Assembly: GCA_964187785.1 (NCBI GenBank) | Contig: OZ076409.1 | Location: 52,826,001 to 52,890,000 of the forward strand | Reading direction: 5' to 3' | Origin: Amphiscolops sp. MND2022 | Lineage: Eukaryota | Length of the DNA: 64,000 nt | Shown here: positions 39,301 to 60,015 of the stretch, piece after piece | Layout: every line of letters starts with the position of its first letter | Position numbering within the stretch: position 1 is the stretch's first letter | Position numbers and translations under genes: made by a program | The notes under the pieces: model-generated | The model's input: only the letters and a program-made list of their open reading frames with translations | Database searches by the model: none | What the model was told of the DNA's origin: nothing

Positions 39301-39999
39301 GAGCGAACTAAATCAGACACACGCGATAAACCATGGGCTAAGCACGTAATATTCTGGTTGAAAGAAACAAATTAGAGGTCAAATGTGCGTGTAAAAGTGC
39401 GTTTGTGATTACGTAACTGAGTCGCGGCCTTGTTGCTGACAAAAACAGTAGTGTCGCACTCATGACCGGATTCTAATTTCAAGGGACTAGATTGAAGCAA
39501 TTTTTTAAAGCAAATTTAATCAAAACGAGCGGAATTTTCCTTTTTTAAACTTTTCCCTTTTTCTTCATCATTTTTCAACTTTTTAATAAACAGAAAGGGA
39601 CCGTGCGTATCGAAACCTCAAGGTGAAATGATGAAATCAAATATTGCATTTGCCCTTTGAAAAGGAGCTCCTCGGTAAAGTTTCTTAGAATTGTAAAAAT
39701 CAACATTTTTGGAAAATTTTGTCCATTCGGTGATTCCGTATTATATGAACATACTGAACTGATTGATATGACTACAAATTATATCAACATTCGCAGGAGA
39801 TTTGGACACTTCCCTCTGACTGATGAAAAGTTTTTGACCCTGTATTTCAGATTCTCTCAAAGATCTGGAAACTCAGATGGCTGCTCTGAGGAATCAAGAA
39901 TCTGCCCTTGAAGGTCCCGGAGGTCGTCATCCTGGAATGGATTATGTAGATTATGCGCATCGCTTTGATTACGGACGCTTCAAGAATAGAGATCTTTAA
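27304..39999 (+). CDS. GNPTG: N-acetylglucosamine-1-phosphotransferase subunit gamma-like (MRH domain), spliced; first (signal peptide) exon not located
   Basis: Phase-compatible GT-AG exons: 27304-27426, 27892-28033, 28162-28255, 28477-28591, 29546-29628, 32867-33001, 37844-37898, 39851-39999. Protein: SGPEHL..C..YSYTVCPYYNVTQ..GSWHGWIIENNTYRGWHFYAGDPCSGDPRQAFVHFECGVSNLLSAVSEPQKCQY..FC...MLVYPYL...QQKWD..FDDLASCEREYNLLKKEN. It is colinear with vertebrate GNPTG as recalled, and the MRH Q/R/E/Y residues are retained. Confidence 0.88.
28670..29378. mobile_element. MITE with TA target duplication (Tc1/mariner-type)
   Basis: TIRs cactatggta..agacactcgattt / aaatcgagtgtct..taccatagtg, flanked by TA on both sides; lies in a GNPTG intron. 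Confidence 0.8.
30313..31087 (+). mobile_element. Helentron-like element family B with a nested MITE
   Basis: Same body and 3' end (taaagcagaaat...gcccggaggggcctatttt) as 15873-16353 and 55030-55497. Confidence 0.85.
30676..30956. mobile_element. MITE with long TIRs and 8-bp TSD
   Basis: TSD gtaaactt at 30668-30675 and 30957-30964. TIRs ccaaataacatgag...aattagtttcaaa / tttgaaactaatt...ctcatgttatttgg; termini GG..CC. Absent from the other family B copies. Confidence 0.85.
31161..32480 (+). mobile_element. Helentron-like element family A with tRNA-like cassette, interrupted by a family C element
   Basis: 5' ttagtcggcgc; internal tggcatagaggtt...gggttcgagtccc; 3' ggcgccgact plus hairpin gccgttcccggc-ttgtt. 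Confidence 0.8.
31584..32385 (+). mobile_element. Helentron-like element family C with internal 172-bp tandem repeats
   Basis: Subterminal repeats aggagtcgg / ccgactcct and 3' hairpin ccgcacatgcgg-ctctggtt. Internal period 172 bp (31906 vs 32078). Confidence 0.85.
33526..34069 (+). mobile_element. Helentron-like element family A with tRNA-like cassette
   Basis: Same termini and body as 31161-32480 (without the insert) and 51878-52334. Confidence 0.8.
35060..36110 (-). mobile_element. Decayed LINE ORF2 fragment (RT domain and C-terminus)
   Basis: YRPISLLGSISKVLEKL, IDLQKVFETLDHNILL, GVPQGSILGPFLF, MFADDT and LTINIGKC, spread over several frames. Confidence 0.92.
36575..36655 (-). repeat. tRNA-derived SINE-like head
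   Basis: tggcacagtgg A box and caggttcgaatct B box; cloverleaf incomplete. Confidence 0.5.
36974..37472 (+). mobile_element. Helentron-like element family A
   Basis: ttagtcggcgc ... ggcgccgact-ttagacgttctcgtcttgtt termini; internal aagggtccccc repeats. Confidence 0.8.
38131..39432 (-). mobile_element. Internally deleted hAT-superfamily DNA transposon with transposase remnant
   Basis: 13-bp TIR caaggccgcgact / agtcgcggccttg; imperfect 8-bp TSD tttctgat/ttgctgac. Minus strand reads ITCLAHGLSRV (CxxH) and IKKVFKNSPRRQRLYKEITGLPSPPKPVITRWNTWL. Confidence 0.85.
38224..38650 (+). mobile_element. Truncated MITE copy nested in the hAT element
   Basis: Highly similar to 55509-55925. Confidence 0.8.
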
Positions 40000-40718
40000 T
40001 CTCTTTTACTTCACGGCAGTCACAGAAATAATTGAGATTCTAAATACTATAGATCCCGTATATGTATATAAGAAGCCCCGCTTATAAAAATACCCGCTTA
40101 TAGTCAATGCGTATATTGCCTCCGATTGCCAATTTAATTCCTTTTTGAACCCACATATAAGAAAGCGATGGTAAGAAACACCATTAGTCGTTCCACTGAT
40201 GTTGATTATATCCGGGATCCCCTGTAGTTGAGACTAGAAAGAAGTCACTTCGCTTCCATTTATGAGCCAATTTATTCATTTAAAGGTTGTTTTGAAGTAC
40301 CTTTCATTTGAGTTGAAGTTTCCTACTGATGCGGTCATGGATACCGAAAAATTTTCCCTGATTTATGGCAATATGATTGGATTTTTTTCTGTATCCCTGG
40401 ATGCAATTATTTTAATTTTACGCTGTTTCATATTCTTTTTTTCTCACTCATTCTGCGCACTTTGTAAATTGAGGTAATTTAAAAGGTTTCTTTGTGTAAT
40501 GATAAATACATATCAATAAATATATTGTCTAAATTTGATCAGTTTTAGCACTCACATGGAAAAGTTTTTCCTCATCAGCGCACAAGATTTTTGAACGTTT
40601 GAGTGCAGATTGTGCCAATGTGAATAAAATAGTACTGAGACATGTAATGAATTGTTTTCTGCGGCCAAGTTCGCGTGCGTTTTAGTTGTCCGAGTTATTC
40701 AAATGAGCTGAACTGAAA

Positions 40719-41265
40719 AACAAGACAGGAATGTCTCAAGTCGGCGCTATACCTAAGGCGCAAAATATGCTCAGGACGTTTTTTTAATGAAAAAAAAGTT
40801 TCACCCAAAGGAAGCCTTTCGTGCTCGGAAAACGCTTCAGCAGTTCGGATATAGCGTGCTGGGACAAATGAGAGCGCCCTTGATTTTGAAGCTCCGCCTC
40901 CTCTTTAGTAAAAGGCACTATAATTCGGATATAACGTCAATAATTCGGATATAACCTCAAAAATTCGGATATAGGGCTTAACTTAATAAATTGAGAAAAC
41001 CTTTTTTAACCTTCATTCTGTTGCAAAATACCAAAAAAATGAAGGGGACCTTTTGGATACATTAAAAATTATCTGAAAAAGTCTCACAAAGTCGAAAAAG
41101 GGGAAGGGGAATCCCCTCTGCTTTGGAATGGTGTTGTATTTCATGTAAGAGGCTTTGGATGCGTTCAGAATCAAGTACTAAGTACTTATGTTAAAAGTGC
41201 ACAGTGCCAGTGCACAAAAAGTGGACGATTCAGTGTGAGGCTGACAAAAAAAACTAGTCACTGTT
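40719..41265 (-). mobile_element. Helentron-like element family A, diverged, with internal 20-bp repeats
   Basis: aacaagacaggaatgtctcaagtcggcgctata is the reverse complement of the family 3' end. aattcggatata repeats occur at 40922-40975. Confidence 0.6.
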
Positions 41266-42880
41266 TGAGTTTTCCTTTAAAGTCTATGGTCGTTTCAAAA
41301 TCAGAAGCTGATTTCATGTCATGGCTCTGCATTTTATGATATTACCGCTCAACAAAAACTAAGTCCTGCAATTTTAGATGTCTGCTGAAAATCGACGCGA
41401 ATTTATCATGTTTGACTTGAAGATATAAGTTCTCACAAAAAATTGTTCATCGGATCTCGTGGTACGAAAACGTCAGGAAGAGGATGAAACATATTTGTGA
41501 AAGTTAAAAAGTAACTCAACTTGCACAGCACTTATTTAGAAGCTGAAAGGTTTTTGGTCAAGACATCTGTCAATTTTGTTAATTATTCAAATTAAGCCGT
41601 TTCTATTCGAATTCAATCTTTGATTTCAGTTCAAGGATATTAGTCTTATCTCTGTGATAACTTCGATGATATGATTTTATTTAATTGCTTCAGTTTGGTT
41701 GCGTGTTTCATTTCTACGTGTAGTACACTTCTACTAGTAGATGTGTAGTAAGTCCACTAACTAAACAATGTCATCGTGTATCAGTTGTTACGAAGTGATC
41801 TCCAATGGACCTCTAATCTTTTCACAGCCTTGAATCATTTTTCCGTATTGATTGAAAAAATAGTTACCGCTCATTTTTCTGTCCTCTTCTCGTCATTTGT
41901 TTAATCAGTATAGAGAACCACCGTGAAAATTGTTCCTCTCAATGTTTAACTGTTCGACGAGTTATGTTTTGGTTTTCATTTATTTGATAATCAAATTTTA
42001 TCCTAAACATCGTCCTCATACTGTGTCTAATGTTTTCAGTTCAGGAAAAAAACGTCTTTCGAGCCTAGAGTTTCCCAACTTTGGGTTTTTCGACGCTGTG
42101 CGTTATTTTTCGGGATATTTTCTTCCATTTCTTTTTTTGACCCAGTTTTAAAAAGCGTTTTTCAAGCCTTTATTGCTCCCTTCGTATAATTTCCATAGCT
42201 ATAAGTTTGGTGCCGACTTTAGATGGTACCGTCTGGTTTTTACTCAAGGTAGACACGGATGCGACGAAAATAGTTAGCGTGGCTGTTATGGTTACAGCGG
42301 TGACTTTCGAAGCTGAAGGACTGGGTTCTATTCCCGCTAGGGTCCAGTTTCACATTTTATTAACGTTTCTGAAGTATTATTCTAAGGCCGCCAAGGCCAC
42401 TGTTTTCCTCATCTTCTTGCTTCACCAAAACAACATTAGGTAATTTGTTGAAAATAAGCGATCGCAGGTTGACTTGAGATATTTGTTCGCTGACAGCTTT
42501 GAAAAAAATGCACAAGTTCATTTACCTTAATGAAGCTTATAGTCTCAAATTTGGATAATTCCAGTGAAACCTAGTTGGTTCACATTTTTGAAAAATTTAA
42601 ATTTTATAATTTAAGTTTTCAGCAAGGTTAAGGAATAAATCATAATTCACGACTTATTCGGTGAATTAATTATTCGATGATAAACTCAAATAGAATTCCA
42701 AAGCGTCGCCAGATACCAAGTTTTGCATTATTTAGATTGTTCCGCTATTTTGCTGAAATGTAAATAGCAAATCTTGGACTGTCATTTTAATGGAGAAGAA
42801 CGTACAGAGTACATGGGAGAATATTGAAAATTCGTACTCTCCAGTTTTAACCCGAATAGTTCATAAGAAATTAGAACTTT

Positions 42881-43348
42881 TTAGGAGTCGGAAAAAATTT
42901 TCGACTACTTATGCAATCGTGTTGTTTTTTTTTTCTCCCGACCTTTTCATGAAAATTTCAAATTTCTCAAAAACTGTCTATACGATTTTCATGAAATTTT
43001 GCACAGTCATTCTACACCCAAAGGGGCCCCTGCGTGTGCAAAGGCATCAAAATCGTATGGCTGGGATGTGAGAAACATAGCCAAAATTAGCCCAAAAATG
43101 GCCAAAAAACAGCCATTTTTCGACTTTTTTCGATTTTCTCAAAAACTGTCCATACGATTCGAACGAAATTTTCTACAGTTATTCTACACCATATTAGAGT
43201 CCTATATGTGCAATGGCATCAAAATCGTATGGCTGGGATGTGAGAAACATAGCCAAAATTAGCCCAAAAATGGTCAAAAAAGGGCCATTTTTCGACTTCA
43301 GAAAAAAAGACCTAAGCCGACTCCTTTACCGCACATGCGGCTCTGGTT
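42881..43348 (+). mobile_element. Helentron-like element family C
   Basis: Nearly identical to 31584-32385 but with fewer internal repeats. Confidence 0.85.
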
Positions 43349-43682
43349 AAATTTGATTCCAAATTGAACAACCCTGGTTGGAAGAAATCTACCTGAATTA
43401 AGATTAATGTCCGCAACTTTTTATAAAAGAATTTAATTTTAAAAAAAAAAACCGTAAAAATGACTTGAGCTCCGGAGGGGCGATATTTGAATGACAAAGC
43501 TTTATGCTACCATCCGCACTGTGCGACTTTTCAAGATTTTACTTGATTACTGCCAAGGATCTTTTTTTGAAACACTTTGCACTGTTTGAGCATTGAGCGG
43601 GGCGCCGACTTTGAGCTGTTTTCGACTTTTCTTTCTATATTAAAGGTAATTTTGTTGCGATGTATATTTTTATAGGTGAGAC

Positions 43683-53850
<10,168 letters not shown>

Positions 53851-55029
53851 TGAAACGATTAATAGAAGCTGCACATAACTCAAGCATATATTGAAAACAA
53901 ATTGATCTAACGCTGGCGTTAATGATACTGTAATCTTTTCTATTTGTTATTTACGGTTGATCTTCATTCATCTGATCATGCTGCTAAATTTATCCAAAAA
54001 AGATGAGAAACTACTTTCAACGTTGGTCCAATGATTATGGTAATCGTCTCGCTGTAATTTTGTTGAATTGTAGAGAAAGATCTGATCTCTTGTTGTCTAT
54101 TAGATTTTGGAATCTAATGAAATGTGATGACCACTTGATAAGATTGATATTACCTTTTGAAAAGATGTACATTGACTGCCTTTAACTATAACCAAATATG
54201 TAAAAAACCTCTATACAGTTATATTTTTATGCAAACCGTAAAATTCGAAATGTGTGATGAGAAATTGAGCTAAACCGTTCTCTTATCTTGTACGCATCAA
54301 GAAAATCACATCTATGATTTCTATCAAGTTTCTAGTACAGTGCCCTCAAAGTCGAACCACTCGAAGGCCTTGCTTCCTCAGTAAATTGGTTACTGCACAT
54401 TTTGTCAAAATAATGTAACTTATTCAACAAATGATATTCAGAACAAAGCTAAAAAGTTAAAAAACACTACAATATGTACTCGGCTGGCGTCACCCACTGA
54501 GAAATTGAGAAAATATGAAAGTTGGTGACATGGAACTTGAGCGTTTCTGTAAACTTATACCAGCTCTTTACACGGGTCTTTCACGGTGTGAGGTGAAATG
54601 AATATCGAGTGAAATGATTGTGAACCGTCTTTCCCTGATTGAAATTAGGTCTGTTGTAGCGAGATTGTATTGAGTTCAAACTAGCGCATTTTTATATTTC
54701 TGCGTAAGAATGATTAAAACGTTAAGTGGTTGTTACTTCTCATTTGTTCTCTTAACGTCATGTCTAACTTCCAGAAGCAAGGGAGGCTTTTATTTACATG
54801 AAGCGAACGAGTATTTTTTTTCTCCATTACGAATTGATATCAATAGCACCGAGGCCAAAATGTCCATGTTGCCAAATCAAACTAAACTAAGGGTTGGTGT
54901 GCGTGGCTAGAAACCAAGAGTACATTGGCTTGAAACCCGCAATGAATTAAAAAGTTTTCCGAAAGAATTAGATTATCGCCCATTCTATTTTTTTCAACGG
55001 CAGACGAAAATTCCTAGTTAGCAAATCGT

Positions 55030-55497
55030 TTTTATTATTTCTGCGATAGGAGGAATATTATTGAAATCTCAAGATTACTATTTTCAGTACAATTCGCACG
55101 ATACTGAATAATTCAGATCTTTGTTCGGCAGTGACTATAAGCGTGAGAATTAAATTTCTCAAGCTGCCGGCGACATTTCAATTCTCGTGCGATGGAACGA
55201 GCGAGTGGTATTTATGCATTCGTATGCTGACGTCATTGAGATGAAGCGAATGAGTGTTAATTATTTGTTCGTTGAAAGCTTCGCCTGCTTTCAAATGCGA
55301 ATGCGAAACTTCTACGCTTAGTAGTTATACATATTTTCTTTGGTTCGAGAAGAATTAAAGGCGGTCTAAACTTGTACAGTGATTAATTGTGCGCTAAATA
55401 ATGATTAAACAGGAGTGTATTGGTATTCCAGATATGATTCCATTATTAATGAAAGATTAAAGCAGAAATAGTAATGTGCCCCGGAGGGGCCTATTTT
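55030..55497 (+). mobile_element. Helentron-like element family B
   Basis: Same body, subterminal repeats and 3' hairpin as 15873-16353. Confidence 0.85.
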
Positions 55498-55508
55498 CCT
55501 AAATTGTT

Positions 55509-55957
55509 TGGACCATGTCATCTATCCCCCCCAGGTACACCTTGTTGGGAATCCCCCCCCAACACGAAAGCACATTTTGTTCTTGAATAAATATATTTCA
55601 CTAATGAGAGAATATTATATGAATGTAAATACTCAGAGGATTGTCTCTACAAATGTTTGGACACTTCAGGCAAAACAATTACAATAAATTTTTAATATTA
55701 TTGTCCAAAATAGCCAAAATTCACGCTTGGAACAAGATCCAATAGTATAAAAAGGCCCTTATTTCACGCAAATTTTCTCCGTGATAAAATCTAATGAGCA
55801 AGTTTCAACTGACAGTCAATGTAATGGATAGGGTTATGTCGACATCAAATATTTTATTGGACCAAAATTCTAACACGATTTCGACATAATGGTATTTGAA
55901 CCTTGTGTCTTATTTCCCCCGCCGCAGTTTGGGGGGGGGAATTAATGACATGGTTCA
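55509..55957. mobile_element. MITE
   Basis: TIRs tggaccatgtcat / atgacatggttca with inner poly-C and poly-G tracts; second copy at 38224. Confidence 0.8.
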
Positions 55958-57438
55958 ATTTTTTCAACCGGTTTTCAGCTTTTTTATAAAGATATTCATG
56001 CGTAGAATTTTTTGAGCAGAGCCAATTTATTAAGTTTTGATTTTATCTAGAAATGATCGAGAGGCAGGCAATAAATACAAGAGCGTCGACTCTGGACACT
56101 TTTGAAAGACATTAATCTCAATAATTTTTCTTTCATTTTCTTTGACAGTGGTCAATTCGAATAATAAGCTTTTAAATTGATTTAGTTGGAGCCAATTTTT
56201 GAGCGTTGCTTTTAAGAGAAAAAATTGAGCTGAAGTTACAAAAAGGTCATTTTTGACAAAATTGAGAATCGCTTCTCACTCCTTTCAAAAGTTGTTTCTC
56301 ACTCCTTTTTGAAGAAGCTTATTTTAACGTTCTCAATATGCAGATTCAATGAAAGGGACCGGTTTTACGCAGGTTTATTTACTCTTGGGTATGTTAGTCG
56401 AAAACAGAAACAGCATGTGACATCTTACGCTCGTGAAACAATCATTTTGTTTTATTTTTACTCATTTTCTCTGGAACTGGTCTGATTCAGAGCTTAAATA
56501 GCTTGTAGTTAAGTGGAGTAGAGCATTGACAGTTGGTTCCAATTGTGAGAAGTACTTGTTCGAAAGCAGTGTTAAATGCTAGCTTTGGACGACTTGAATC
56601 ATTTTCCTTGAAATTGAGGTGTTCAATTCTTTTCCAGGAAAGCCTAATCGAAAACGTTTCAAATAAAGATTCTGGGAACCGGCTTTGCTCAATCAATCCT
56701 GCTCTACTGCAAACCTTATGTGCCGGAAAACTGAAGAACTAGCATATCACATCTTGGTGTCATACACAAAATCGTTGATAGGTTTTGAAGTTTTTCGAAC
56801 AGCCTCCTTTTGAACCAACATTTTTTTGCCACAGGGAATTCTTTAGACAAGCAATCAATGCCAAAAAACATTTACTTCAGTCGTATTCAAAAGCACTTGA
56901 ACCAAAGGCTCACCTTCAAGAAAGTGCTTTTTTAGCTCAAAACTTCACCCACTGCATTGTCCATGTTCGACACCGTGGATAATTTTTGAGTTTTCAGGAA
57001 ATCTCATCCCACCAGATTGTCATCTGTTTTTTTTCTTTAATCAACTGTCTCAGCCTGTCAGCTGTGCTGGGTCCGAAGTGCAGCAGTGAATGAAGGAGAA
57101 CAGAAAAAACTTTCACCCCGATGATTAAAACTGACACTAACCACCCAATTCCTTCTTGAAAACTTGCATAAACAGTTTAATTGGGGGTTATTTATTTGAT
57201 TTGTCATTTTGAAAGATGCTAAACAAATATCTTAAACAACCCTTTTTGTAATAAGTTTGTAATTCCTATGCATCAAAGGAGAGCTAAAATGCATTAGAAC
57301 TTGAGACAATTTACCTAGAAAGGTCATTGCATGACTAATAGATTACGTAATGATATCGTTTTTTGAACTCAACACCATTAAATGAACATTTGTGCTGATG
57401 ACTATGCGTCATTATAGCTTTTTGAGCGTTTTGAGCTT

Positions 57439-57920
57439 TGTTGAAGAATCACAATCATGCGTTTTTTATAATTGAACTATGCGGCATCCTACAGTCCGAT
57501 GCCTGATGATTACTCGTCACTATGCGGACTACCACAATGCGGTACCCCGCGGTGTGATAAGTAACGTATACTCGTCAGTATGCGTTTTTAGCATGATAAC
57601 CATTCAAAACGAGATGTAACGTTATACATTTCAATTATATTTCCCAGTACGCTCTTGACAGTCTCTAACGCGGTTTTCCAGGGTTTTATTGGACCTATTC
57701 ATCATTTTTGAATGTGATATAAATACTCTGACGTAATGATGATGCTATCCTATTTTTGCCTCCCAGGCCAGCGTGATTCCTCTAAAAAGGAGTGTCATGC
57801 TCCCAATTTTCTGAAGTAAAATAACTTTAGCATAGATATTCATACCAATTTTGACCCTCACCGTGATCAGTTGCTATAATCATCACTCTAACTAAACTGT
57901 AAAAGCAGTTTTTTCCAACA
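57439..57920 (+). repeat. Probable 5' LTR of the Gypsy element
   Basis: Begins tgttgaagaa and ends ttttccaaca (TG..CA inverted termini), followed by a degenerate PBS-like ttagcaccg 100 bp before gag. The second LTR would lie outside the window. Confidence 0.55.
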
Positions 57921-58020
57921 TTAGCACCGTTTCTTTGAAATATCTTTTGGTATTTGGAATACTTCAAGACAATTCAAATTCTTCCCCAACAACCAAAATA
58001 CACCTTTTCGCTTGAGCAAG

Positions 58021-59685
58021 ATGGGAAATAAGAGAAACAGAAAGTCCAGAAGACTGGCAACACCATCTCCTGACAGGGAATTGAGCGTAACACAAGTAGA
58101 AACACCTAATCCAGGTAATGAGACTCTAACTAAATCTAATGTTAATGTTCAAGAAGGTTTAGGTGAAAACAGCTCTTTAAATCAATTAACTGAACCCGGT
58201 TTACTCAGCAGTGAAATTCAAGTATGAACCCAAATAATGGAACAAAAGAATGATAGCAAAATTGAGAAAATGAGAGAATTGGACAGTAAACTTGAGGCGA
58301 TTTTGAGAGAAGTTAAATCAAATAAAACTGCATCAACAATGACAAACCCAAGGTCAAATTTCAACGAAATGCAAGATTTTCAACCTTCATGATCCAAAAC
58401 AGCCAAGTCTATAGGAGTTCACTCATCTAATAACGAAAACTCAGATTCTGAAAATGACGATTTTCCTCTCAGAGATTCTAAAATGAGAGATCTAAAGCAT
58501 CCTGCAAAACCGCTATTCCAGAGCGAATCTGATGTAGATGCAACTATACATTCAGACAAAGAGTCTGATATAGAAGAGGATTATCACTAGGTGACAGGAG
58601 CCAACCGAAAACTCCATAGACAAAGTTCTCAAAACCCAAATGATACAATAGGATCCCACGCAGAACAAAATCTGTCGCATTTGACAACAAAACCACTTGA
58701 TCCAGTCAACCAAATTGCAATTGCAATCGAACGATTGGCCAACAAGAACACACAACCATCACTTTTCCACCCAAAAAACACACTGACTTTCAACGGGAAA
58801 AATAATAAAAACGAGAAATTCGAATACTTTGAAGACCTGTTTCACACAACCCTAAAAGTGCAACCAAACCTAACTGGGGATTTTCACGCGCATCTCAGGG
58901 GTTTGGCACTCGAAACGTTTAACAACATCCAACGAACCCCCACGACGACCTTAGAAGACATCTTAAAGGTCTTTCACAGAAAATATGTTAAACCGGAATC
59001 TAGTGCGTCAGCGAAACACAGATTCAACAGACTTGCATTCGACCCAGAAAATCAGAAACTTCCAGACTTCTTAGAAGAACTCCAAGAGAGTGCCGAGAAA
59101 GCCTTCGGGGAAAATGCATATCAAATGATAGAAAATCTACTCTATGCCAAAATGTCTCCCCATCTAAAAAAGTCCATTAATCAAGCATACCTTGAAAATG
59201 GAACCTCTGACCAAATTGTCAAACATCTCGAAAGAGAGATGGAGCTTAATGGCTTAGAATCTGACGAACCTCTGGTCAAAACCCGGATGACGGTTACGAA
59301 AAAAAAACAAAATGGCAAGAAATCCAACAAAAAACAAAATGAAAAAGCCAAAACACAGACACCAAAAACAGTACCTAACAAAACCCTCAAAAATGACCAA
59401 TGCCGTTACTGCAAAGAGACAGGTCACATGATGGCTGACTGCCCCAAATTAGGTAAACGGCGCAAACTTGAAGAAGACCTAGACGCCGAAAAATGCCAAA
59501 ATTGCAATACACCCGGACACGATGCAGAAAATTGCTATTTTGGTGCAAACATGGAAAACCGACCACCCAAATGGACTCTAACAGAAGCCCAGAAAAAGGT
59601 CATTGAAAACTACAAACAAGCTAAAAAACCAATAAAACCGAAAATGGAACGACAACAACAATCCTCTTTGAAAGATTTAAACTAG
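58021..59685 (+). pseudogene. gag: Gypsy gag with two CCHC zinc knuckles (premature stops)
   Basis: CRYCKETGHMMADC and CQNCNTPGHDAENC. The reading frame from ATG 58021 is broken by in-frame stops before 58591. Confidence 0.88.
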
Positions 59686-60015
59686 AAACGCCACGCCTTA
59701 CAAATACAAGCGAAGAACCACCGAAACCACAAGACGACTGGCAGCGTCAAGTCGCTTCTATAAGTATACAACTCAAACAACTGACGACTGAACCCGACTC
59801 ACCTCCAACTACACCACAAACAACCGAACAACACATCCCCCAGGAGTCCCTCTACGAACTCCTGAGCAATGCACCAGACAATTGCTTCACAAACCCACAT
59901 GAACCACATCACCCAAGTACGGACGTAACTCCAAAAATTCACCACCACACCATCACAAATACCTGTGAAGCAACAAATTCTTCTTGCAATGAACCCAAAC
60001 AACCCCTTTTAGACG

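Noticed and set aside
39940..39999. Sulfakinin/RFamide-like peptides in the GNPTG tail (DYAHRF, DYGRF)
   Set aside because: No amidation glycine and no dibasic cleavage sites.
40842..40975. CRISPR-like short repeats (also the 26155-26432 minisatellite)
   Set aside because: Simple tandem repeats without unique spacers, in a eukaryotic context with no cas genes.
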